This document shows, piece by piece, positions 56,920 to 64,000 of a stretch of 64,000 nt of DNA. The notes under the pieces were generated by a model. The model searched no databases. It was not told the DNA's origin and saw only the letters and a program-made list of their open reading frames with translations. This stretch comes from an uncultured Candidatus Binatia bacterium (GTDB taxonomy: Bacteria; Desulfobacterota; Binatia; UBA9968; JAJDTQ01): positions 320,001 through 384,000 of the forward strand of contig OZ251459.1 in assembly GCA_965242525.1 (NCBI GenBank), in the 5' to 3' direction. Numbering within the stretch: the stretch's first letter is position 1; every line of letters starts with the position of its first letter. A program made the position numbers and the translations under genes.

Positions 56920-57894
56920 TCAGGAGCGCGCCTTCCGGTCCTCTCCGCCGCGCCGCGCCCGGAGCCGGATGGGGTGCTCCGGGTGCAGTGGCCGGAAGTC
57001 GGTCATGGAAAGCCAGACCCTCAGGAGATGCCGGCCGGGTCCCCGGTCGTCGGTGAACCCGGTGCGGGTGTGGAGGACCACGTGGTTGTTGAAGTACTCC
57101 ACGTCCCCGGGCTCCAGCTCCATGGACACCGACACCCGATCGGCCACGGCGTTGAAAGCCGCCAGCGCTTCGTTCTGCTCCGGGGTCAGTTCGGGGACCC
57201 CGGGCAGCGACTGTGCGCGCTTGATGTGGACCCGGTAGGCGCAGGCGTTGAAGACCCCGTCCCGGAAGTTCAGGAACGGCAGCCGGGTCCAGGGGTGTCC
57301 GTGGTCCGGGTGGGGATGTTGCAGGGCCATGTGGAAGGGTTGGGTCAGGGTCCGCAGCAGTCGGGGATGCTCCTCCCGCATGACGTTGTACACGGTGGCG
57401 GAGCTGGCGAACTTGCGCGTCCCGCCCGCGGACGCGGACCGTACGCACAGGAACCCGATGACGTCTTCCAAGTCGGCATGGAACGGAAGCTCGCCGGTGT
57501 TGCGAAAGCCGAACCTGCCCTGGGTCTCGGGCTGTGCGCGCACGTGGGCCAGGGTCACGCCGCCGGGCTGCTCCATGGGACGGCCGAGTTGGCGGCTCAA
57601 GGCCAGGAAGGCGTTGGCCGTGCCGTCCTTGCCCAACTCCTTGACCGGCAGGCCCCGGAGTATGCGGAAGCCGACTCCCGACTTGAGCTCGTGGAACGTC
57701 TTCCGTACCTGTGGGGCCAGGAGGGGGAGCGGCGGCGGCTCGTCCGCGCCCGGGGGTCTTCGGGCCGCGGCCAGCAGCTCCGCGGCCTCGCGGCCCGTGA
57801 GGTCGTGGCGCCACGTTTCCGAGCGGGCGAGGTCTTCCGGCGTCCATGCCGCCGGGTCCGTGGTCCTGGGATGGTCTTCCGCGAGTTGGCCCAT
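56920..57894 (-). CDS. TauD/TfdA family Fe(II)/2-oxoglutarate dioxygenase
   Basis: FHADLE (HxD), NNHVVLHTR, RHLLRVWL; AAGGAGG RBS. Confidence 0.9.
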   Translation of the reverse strand: MGQLAEDHPRTTDPAAWTPEDLARSETWRHDLTGREAAELLAAARRPPGADEPPPLPLLAPQVRKTFHELKSGVGFRILRGLPVKELGKDGTANAFLALSRQLGRPMEQPGGVTLAHVRAQPETQGRFGFRNTGELPFHADLEDVIGFLCVRSASAGGTRKFASSATVYNVMREEHPRLLRTLTQPFHMALQHPHPDHGHPWTRLPFLNFRDGVFNACAYRVHIKRAQSLPGVPELTPEQNEALAAFNAVADRVSVSMELEPGDVEYFNNHVVLHTRTGFTDDRGPGRHLLRVWLSMTDFRPLHPEHPIRLRARRGGEDRKARS

Positions 57895-57920
57895 GAGCGT
57901 TCCCTCCTTGCGTGGCGGCG

Positions 57921-59267
57921 TCACCTTTCCCGGAAGGCGTCCTGGCGGTAGCCGCGCAGCGGTTGCAGGACGTACTCGATGACGCGTTGCTTCCCCAGTA
58001 TGACCGAGGCTTCCGCGGACATGCCGGGCAACAGATCGATCTTCCGGCCTTCGATCTCCATCCAGGTCTGGTCCAGGTCGATGAGCGCCCGGAACAGGGG
58101 GCCGGCCGTTTCCGCGCCGGACCCGGAAGAAGAGGACGGGTCCGATGCGGAGGCGCCCTGCGGGGACGTCCGGACGCCGTCCTGGAACCCGGCGTTCACC
58201 GCGTCCTTGCCCACGTGGCTGACCGCGCCTTCGATGGCCCCGTAACGGCGGAAGTCGAAGGTGGCGACCTTCAGGGCCACCCTCTGGCCGGGCTCCACGA
58301 AGCCGATGTCCGCGTTGGAGACGAATGCCTCCATTCGAATGCCCGCGTTCCGGGGCACGATCACCATGAGCCGGGCGCCGGGCTCCACCACGCCGTTCTC
58401 CGTGTGCACGGCCAGGTCCTGGACCACTCCGTCCACCGGCGACGCCAGGGTGTGCCGGCTCCGGTGCTCCCGGGCCTGGCGGATCTCCTGGCGCAGCACG
58501 ATCATCCTCTCCCGGACCGCGGCGAGGGCGGTGCGGCGTTCCCGGTAGAAGTCCGAGACCACTCCTTCCTTCTGCGCTTGCAGCGCGGCCAGGGAGGCCC
58601 TGGCCTGGGCCAGCTCCTCCTCCCGGAGCGCAAGGTCGCCCTGGACCTCCACCAGCCGCTCCTGCTCTTCGAGGAGGTCGAGCCGGGAGCCGTGGTCCTT
58701 GCGGAAGAGGACCTCGCGCATGCGCGTCCTCTCGCGCAGCAGGGGCAGCAGTCTCCGGTGCTTGGCAATGCCCGCCTCCAGGGTGCGGATGCGGGCGCGC
58801 CGTTCCCGGACCATGCCGTCCAGTTCGTGGAGGCGGGCGCGGTGGGCGGCGATCTGGTCCGCCAGCAGCCTCTCGTTGATGGCTGCGATCTCCGGCGGCG
58901 CGTCCGGGGGAGGCCGGAACGGCGCGCCCTTGCGCCAGTCCAGCAGCGCTTCCAGACGGGCCGCCTCCGCGGACTTGACGCCGAGTTCCGAGGTATGCTT
59001 CACGATGTCGGCGTCCACCAGTGTAGTGTCGAGCTCCACCAGCACTTGGCCCCGTTCCACCGCGCTCCCTTCCTCCACCGCGATCCGCCGGACCTTTCCG
59101 CGCTCGAAGGAGCGGATGGTCTTCACCTGCCCCCGCAGGACGATCCGTCCCGGGGCCACCGCGGCCAGCTCCACCTCGGCGATGGAGGCCCAGGCGAGGG
59201 TCGCCACCAGGAAGGCGCACAGGGCCGCCAGCAGGATGACGTGGGTGCGGAGGGGCGGCCTATCCAC
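57921..59267 (-). CDS. HlyD-family type I secretion membrane fusion protein
   Basis: N-terminal TM, coiled coil, SPVDGVVQDL, DIGFV, LLPGM, VIEYVLQPL. Confidence 0.95.
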   Translation of the reverse strand: MDRPPLRTHVILLAALCAFLVATLAWASIAEVELAAVAPGRIVLRGQVKTIRSFERGKVRRIAVEEGSAVERGQVLVELDTTLVDADIVKHTSELGVKSAEAARLEALLDWRKGAPFRPPPDAPPEIAAINERLLADQIAAHRARLHELDGMVRERRARIRTLEAGIAKHRRLLPLLRERTRMREVLFRKDHGSRLDLLEEQERLVEVQGDLALREEELAQARASLAALQAQKEGVVSDFYRERRTALAAVRERMIVLRQEIRQAREHRSRHTLASPVDGVVQDLAVHTENGVVEPGARLMVIVPRNAGIRMEAFVSNADIGFVEPGQRVALKVATFDFRRYGAIEGAVSHVGKDAVNAGFQDGVRTSPQGASASDPSSSSGSGAETAGPLFRALIDLDQTWMEIEGRKIDLLPGMSAEASVILGKQRVIEYVLQPLRGYRQDAFRER

Positions 59268-61074
59268 CTTGCGCCTCCCGCGGACTCCGGCGGGCCAGGG
59301 GGCTCACCCCGTCCCCGGGCCTTGCGCCCATCTCCCTGACCAGCGCCGACTCCTCGCGCACCATGGCGGCGAAATACCCGTTCCCCCGGGCCAGTTGCGC
59401 GGGGGTCCCCTGCTCCGCCACCTTGCCCTGCTCCAGGCAGACGATACGGTCCGCATGGCGCAGCGCGGACAACCTGTGTGCGATGACGACCACGGTCCGC
59501 CCTTGCGCGAACCGCCGCACGTTCTGCTGGATCCGGCCCTCGTCCTCTCCGTCCACCGAGCTCGTGGCTTCGTCCAGGATCAGCACGCTGCCGGAATGGT
59601 AGAGCGCCCGGGCCAACGCGATGCGCTGGCGCTCGCCGCCCGAGAGGACCGCGCCCCGGGCGCCGACCCGGGTGGCGTAGCCCCGGGGGGTCCGGGTGAC
59701 GAACTCGTGGGCGCACGCGGCCCGGGCCGCGGCGATGACCCGGGGCATGCGGCGCTCGCCCGGCCCCAGGGCGATGTTGTCGGCGATGCTGCGCCGGAAG
59801 ATGGGGTAGTCCTGCTCCACCGCGCCCATGTGGCTGCGCAGCCAGTCCGGGTCCAGGACCGCGGCGTCCGCGCCATCCAGGAGCACGCGCCCTCCGGTGG
59901 CCAGGTAGAGCCGCTGGATCAGGCGCGCCACCGTGCTCTTGCCCGATCCCGACGGACCCACGATGCCCAGGGTCTCGCCGGGCCCGACCTCGAAGGTCAC
60001 GCCCTCCAGGGCCTCCCGGTCCGCGTCCGGATAGCGGAAACGCACGTCCTCGAAACCGATGGCCCCCTTGAGGGACGGCAGTTTCACGAGGTGGCCGTCC
60101 TGCCGTTCGGTGGGCTCGTTCAGCACCGTCCCCACTTCCCGCACCAGCGCCCGGAGCCGGGTGAAGTCATAGACGAACGTGCACAGCCGCATCATGGGCT
60201 GGGAGAACCGCATGTTCACCAGGTTCACGGCCACGAGCTGCCCCAGGGTGAGCTGCCCGTCCAGCACCATGGAGGCGCCGAACCACAGCAGGCCCGCGGT
60301 GGCGAAGCGGTTCACGAACTGGTTGTACTGGTTCATGGAGTCGCGCAGGTCCTGGGTGTCCTCGTCCGACGACGCGGCCTCGCCCACCCGCCGGGTGAGG
60401 AAGGCTTCCTGGGCGGGTTCCTCGTGCATGCCCTTGACGGTCTCGATGCCGTTGAAGGTGTCGAGCACCGCCTCGTTGCCCTCCCGGCGGCTGTTCCTGG
60501 TCTTCCGGCTCCGCTGCTGGAGCGTGGGCATGACCAGGAAGGCGGGGGCCGCGTACAGGGGCAGGCAGGCCAGGACCACCAGGGCCAGGGTGAGGCTGAA
60601 GTGGAGCATCAGGACCAGGAAGACCAGCATGAAGAAGATATCGACGAACACGAACACCACCGCGTTGGTGAGGAAGCGGCGCAGGTGGCGGATCTCTTCG
60701 ATGCGGGAGAGGGTCTCCACCGGGGTGTTGCGCAGGTAGAAGGAGACGGGCAGCTCCAGCGAGTGGCGGATGAGGCGCGAGAGGAGCGAGCGGTCCATGT
60801 CGCGGACGGAGCGGCGCAGGACCCTGTGGCGGGCGGCGCGAAGGACCGCCTCGAAGGCCAGGAAGAAGAGCAGGCTCACGATGATGACGTCGAGGGTGGC
60901 GGCGCCCCGGTTGGACAGGACCTTGTCGATGATGATGAGGAAGGTGAAGGGGTAGATGTAGCCCAGCAGGTTGATGAAGAAGGACGCCGCCACCAACGGA
61001 CCGAAGACGGCCTTGTGGGTGAGCAGGTGCTCGGCGATGGAGCGGAGGGTGAACTCCTGGCGGTCCTCAGCCAT
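59260..61074 (-). CDS. HlyB-like type I secretion ABC transporter lacking the C39 domain
   Basis: IIIDKVL near the N-terminus; GPSGSGKS, LSGGERQR, ILDEATS. Confidence 0.92.
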   Translation of the reverse strand: MAEDRQEFTLRSIAEHLLTHKAVFGPLVAASFFINLLGYIYPFTFLIIIDKVLSNRGAATLDVIIVSLLFFLAFEAVLRAARHRVLRRSVRDMDRSLLSRLIRHSLELPVSFYLRNTPVETLSRIEEIRHLRRFLTNAVVFVFVDIFFMLVFLVLMLHFSLTLALVVLACLPLYAAPAFLVMPTLQQRSRKTRNSRREGNEAVLDTFNGIETVKGMHEEPAQEAFLTRRVGEAASSDEDTQDLRDSMNQYNQFVNRFATAGLLWFGASMVLDGQLTLGQLVAVNLVNMRFSQPMMRLCTFVYDFTRLRALVREVGTVLNEPTERQDGHLVKLPSLKGAIGFEDVRFRYPDADREALEGVTFEVGPGETLGIVGPSGSGKSTVARLIQRLYLATGGRVLLDGADAAVLDPDWLRSHMGAVEQDYPIFRRSIADNIALGPGERRMPRVIAAARAACAHEFVTRTPRGYATRVGARGAVLSGGERQRIALARALYHSGSVLILDEATSSVDGEDEGRIQQNVRRFAQGRTVVVIAHRLSALRHADRIVCLEQGKVAEQGTPAQLARGNGYFAAMVREESALVREMGARPGDGVSPLARRSPREAQGG

Positions 61075-61897
61075 GGCTCTCTTCGCCGGGGTCGTTGCCC
61101 CACGCCAGCATCAGGCCTTGCGCCGTCAGGCGCCGGACCAGGGCGTCGCGGGCGACGCCGTCGGGCGCCGCGGTCTCCCCCGGGGCCGCACCGCGCCCCG
61201 GGGTCTCGCCATCTCCCTCCGCGGCCGGCTCGGTCCGGGACCATTCCGCGGCCTCTTCCAGCAGTGCGAATGCCTCCGGCGGAAGCTCCATGACCGCGGG
61301 CCGGCGCCGCCCGCGGGAAGCCAGGACGGCCAGGCGGAGCGGCCGCGGACGGACCTCCTCCCGGGACCGGCCGGGCTCGAACAGGGGTCGGACGTCGTGG
61401 CCGCAGCGCACCAGCACGGCGCAGGGGTGGGTGCGGCGCCAGCCATGGGAGGAGGGGCTCGGGCGCTGCGCCATCGCTTCGCGCTCCATGGCCGCGGGAC
61501 GGAACGTCCGCGCCCGGGCCAGGGCCAGCTCCACGGCCGCCACGTCCGCGGCCCACGCCGGCGTGGGCGGCCGGCCGGCCCATCGTTCCAGGAAATGGTC
61601 GAAGAAGCGCTTGGCGTCCGGGTAGCGCTCGTAGGACCTCGGCGGGCACGCGGCCGCGAAGTCCCGCATGACCTCGGAGAAGCGGTGGCCCAGCAGGTTC
61701 GCGGTCCGCTCGAAGGTCTGGCGGAGCTTCTTGGTCCGCTTGCCGTAGGAGAACTCCGCCTCCAGCCGGAGGCGCCGGACGTCCATGCCGTCCAGGTCCG
61801 GGTCCAGGGCCGCGGACCCGAGGCCTTCCGTCCCGAAGATGAACGCTTGGCTCGTCAGGTGGCGCAGCAGGTTGGTCTGTCTGTCAATCAGCCGCAT
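61067..61897 (-). CDS. DUF2063-like MNIO partner protein (probable RRE)
   Basis: Overlaps the DUF692 gene end; F..TANLLG..F..DF...PP, ADVAAVELA pattern. Confidence 0.7.
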   Translation of the reverse strand: MRLIDRQTNLLRHLTSQAFIFGTEGLGSAALDPDLDGMDVRRLRLEAEFSYGKRTKKLRQTFERTANLLGHRFSEVMRDFAAACPPRSYERYPDAKRFFDHFLERWAGRPPTPAWAADVAAVELALARARTFRPAAMEREAMAQRPSPSSHGWRRTHPCAVLVRCGHDVRPLFEPGRSREEVRPRPLRLAVLASRGRRRPAVMELPPEAFALLEEAAEWSRTEPAAEGDGETPGRGAAPGETAAPDGVARDALVRRLTAQGLMLAWGNDPGEESHG

Positions 61898-62759
61898 GGG
61901 TCCCGGTCCTTTCCCTCAGTGAGGCGGCCCGCGCCGCCTGTGCGCGCAGGCGCGCCACGTCCGCCAGGAGTTCGTCCCCCTGCTCGTAGCCGTTGTCCCG
62001 TTCGAGGACCACCGTCTGCGGGCGTTGCCGCAGGAGCGCGTGCTCCAGCAGGTCCAGGGCCTCTTCCGGCACCGGGTGGCTGTGGTCGTCCGCGTGGAAG
62101 GGCGCGTCGAGGTAGGGCCGGTGGACCAGGGGCCCGCCCGCGGCGTGGACGTCGGTCACCACGTCCTCGGGCAGCTCGTCCAGGAACGCGCGGGGGTCGA
62201 AGCCGTGGTTCCGGGAGTTGACGTGCAGGTTCTCCACGTCCAGCAACATGCCCACTCCGGTCTCCCGGAACAGCAGGTTGAAGAACTCGGCGTCGCTCAT
62301 CTCCCCGTCCGGGAAGTCGAACACGTAGGAGATGTTCTCGATGGAGAACGGCACCGGCAGTCGGGCCTGGACCTGCCGGATCTTGGGGACCAGCAGGTCC
62401 GCCGCGGCCCGGTTCCTGGGCACGGGCAGCAGGTTGGCGATGTCGATGCCCGGCACCTTGGTCCACGCCAGGTGCTCGCTGTAGGACGGTGTCCGGAGGT
62501 CCTCGACGGCCTGCGCCACCCCGTCCAGGTAATCCTCGTCCAGGGGCGCGTCGGTGCCGATGGAAAGGCCCACTCCGTGCAGCGCCAGCGGTATCCTGTC
62601 CACCAGGTTGCGGATGGCGCTGCGGGCGTATTCGCCGCCCTTGATGTAGTGGTCCACCGTCACCTCCAGCACGTCGAAGCGGTGCAGGTTGGCCAGGGTC
62701 CACCGGGCGATGGGAACCCGGAACCCGATGCCGATCAGGGGGGATGTGGATGTGTTCAT
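61884..62759 (-). CDS. DUF692 multinuclear non-heme iron oxidative enzyme (MNIO)
   Basis: IGIGFR, LHGVGLSIG, SEHLAW, IENI, LLDVENLHVN, VHAAGG, DDHS, LERD. Confidence 0.95.
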   Translation of the reverse strand: MNTSTSPLIGIGFRVPIARWTLANLHRFDVLEVTVDHYIKGGEYARSAIRNLVDRIPLALHGVGLSIGTDAPLDEDYLDGVAQAVEDLRTPSYSEHLAWTKVPGIDIANLLPVPRNRAAADLLVPKIRQVQARLPVPFSIENISYVFDFPDGEMSDAEFFNLLFRETGVGMLLDVENLHVNSRNHGFDPRAFLDELPEDVVTDVHAAGGPLVHRPYLDAPFHADDHSHPVPEEALDLLEHALLRQRPQTVVLERDNGYEQGDELLADVARLRAQAARAASLRERTGTHAAD

Positions 62760-62867
62760 GCAGTCTCCCTGCGCCCCGCGCGGGCGGAAGCTCCCGGACC
62801 ATCCGGGCGCCCGCGCCGGGCTTGCGCGCTCGCCGCCCCGGCCTCTCCGGGGCGCGTTGGCCCGCCC

Positions 62868-62896
62868 CGTCGTTCCCGCGAAAGCGGGAATCCCGC
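62868..62896. repeat. REP-like unit
   Basis: CGTCGTTCCCGCGAAAGCGGGAATCC; same family as 39032. Confidence 0.7.
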
Positions 62897-62945
62897 GGCG
62901 TTGGCTTCTACAGGGATATGATCGGACGGTTGGCCCGGAACTTTA

Positions 62946-63055
62946 GGAACCTCTGGACAATTCCGAAGCGAGGCGCCTCTCCCTATGGGAAAGCGCGTCC
63001 TTCGACTCCGCTTCGCTACGCTCAGGACGAACGGAGGCAATCGTTCAGAGTTTCC
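62946..63055. mobile_element. 110-bp MITE
   Basis: GGAACCTCTGGACAAT..ATCGTTCAGAGTTTCC; copy of 11267-11376. Confidence 0.82.
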
Positions 63056-63059
63056 TTCA

Positions 63060-63192
63060 GGAACCTCTGGACAATCGAGACATCCGGGATGGATTCCCTC
63101 GCCCTGACCGCCCTGTCCCCGTTCGTCCTGAGCGTAGCGAAGCGGAGTCGAAGGACGGGACCTTGCCTCTGTCCCGGTTGTTCGGATGTTCC
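63060..63192. mobile_element. 133-bp MITE (long variant), adjacent to the previous element
   Basis: GGAACCTCTGGACAAT..GTTGTTCGGATGTTCC; 4-bp spacer TTCA from the previous element. Confidence 0.82.
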
Positions 63193-63308
63193 TTTGGCGT
63201 TCCCCGGCGATCCGTGCGCGGGAGGCGCGCACGGGACCGGGAGGGAAGGGGCGTCGGGGAGTCAGCCGCACCCTCTCCGGAAGGGGAGGGCGGGGCGGGG
63301 GATGCGGC

Positions 63309-64000
63309 TCAGCCCAGGTCCATGCCCACGACCCGTGCGGGGTTCCGGGTGCAGACGGTGTAGAGTTCGTCCCCGGTCAGGCCGAAGGCTTCCATGTAGC
63401 CCCGGATGAGGCGCATGGCTTCCACGGAGTCCGGGAACAGCGGCTCGCCGGCGTCGCTCGAAAGCGTGAAGTGCTCGACCCCCACCTCGCGGATGGTGTC
63501 GTACATGATCCGAGGGTCCACGCCCAGGAGCGGCGACAGCTCGTCGAAGGTGAAGTTGAACAGGACGTGGGCCTTGGAGAGCTCCTTCATCTGCGCCGGG
63601 GAGACGTCGAGGAAGGGACTGTAGGGATGGTCCACCACCAGCCGGCGGAGGCCGATGCGGTCCGCTTCCTCGGCGACCTTGAAGATCTCGTCGTGGGTCG
63701 GATGGCCGAAGAACAGCGCCGCGCCGCGCTCGGCGCACAGGCGGATGATGTCCCGCACCTCGGGTTTCAGTTCGCCGGACTCGTCGAGGTTGTAGTGCCC
63801 GTGCCGCAGGGCCTCTTCCCAGGAGAGGGGCCCCGTCCAGCCCTTGGCGTCCATGTCGCGCTCGATGAGCGCCCGGTGGCTTCCCACCTTGTGCATCGTG
63901 TTGGCATGGTTGAAGACCGGAAGCCACACGGCCACCACGCCTTCGTCGATGGCCTGCTCGGCCAGCGCGGCCGATACCGGCTCCTGCTGCCGGCCGCAGA
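63309..64000 (-). CDS. Amidohydrolase-fold protein, DUF6282-like (5' end outside the window)
   Basis: AVWLPVF, FFGHP, LVVDHP, TLSSDAG, NPARVVG. Confidence 0.75.
   Translation of the reverse strand, partial: CGRQQEPVSAALAEQAIDEGVVAVWLPVFNHANTMHKVGSHRALIERDMDAKGWTGPLSWEEALRHGHYNLDESGELKPEVRDIIRLCAERGAALFFGHPTHDEIFKVAEEADRIGLRRLVVDHPYSPFLDVSPAQMKELSKAHVLFNFTFDELSPLLGVDPRIMYDTIREVGVEHFTLSSDAGEPLFPDSVEAMRLIRGYMEAFGLTGDELYTVCTRNPARVVGMDLG

Noticed and set aside
10371-63192. Integron attC array
   Set aside because: The repeats are dispersed in both orientations, do not flank successive cassettes, and no integrase is seen
62744-63409. ORFs upstream of DUF692 as RiPP precursor candidates
   Set aside because: They are translations of MITE/REP sequence (RPSTPLRYAQDER, PFVLSVAKRSRR) that recur at other repeat copies
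1-64000. tRNA, rRNA, riboswitch, prophage or transposase genes
   Set aside because: None recognised by eye; a covariance-model scan would be needed to exclude small RNAs

Overview
GC-rich bacterial window. Gene content and the paralog family below suggest a host- or sponge-associated deltaproteobacterial (Binatota-like) organism; this is inference only. Backbone genes: ispF, acs, an A1-type cytochrome c oxidase operon, AfuABC-like and other ABC/TRAP/MFS transporters, nadX, an ECF sigma/anti-sigma module and a lytic transglycosylase. Three things stand out. (1) Six dispersed ~700-aa paralogs of a GT-C-like multi-TM protein with a 2-Cys C-terminal domain. They have near-identical TM cores, hypervariable loops and mosaic ancestry. 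Some are flanked by decayed copies of the sulfotransferase/acs region, and two form an inverted pair. (2) An operon at 56.1-62.8 kb encoding a DUF692 (MNIO) enzyme, a DUF2063-like partner, a peptidase-less type I exporter with HlyD, an Fe/2OG dioxygenase and an atypical SDR, with no visible precursor peptide. (3) A MITE family with GGAAC..-type terminal inverted repeats and an internal REP-like palindrome, which supplies the stop codon of two genes. No rRNA, tRNA, CRISPR, transposase or reverse transcriptase was recognised. All calls come from motif reading by eye; no searches were run.
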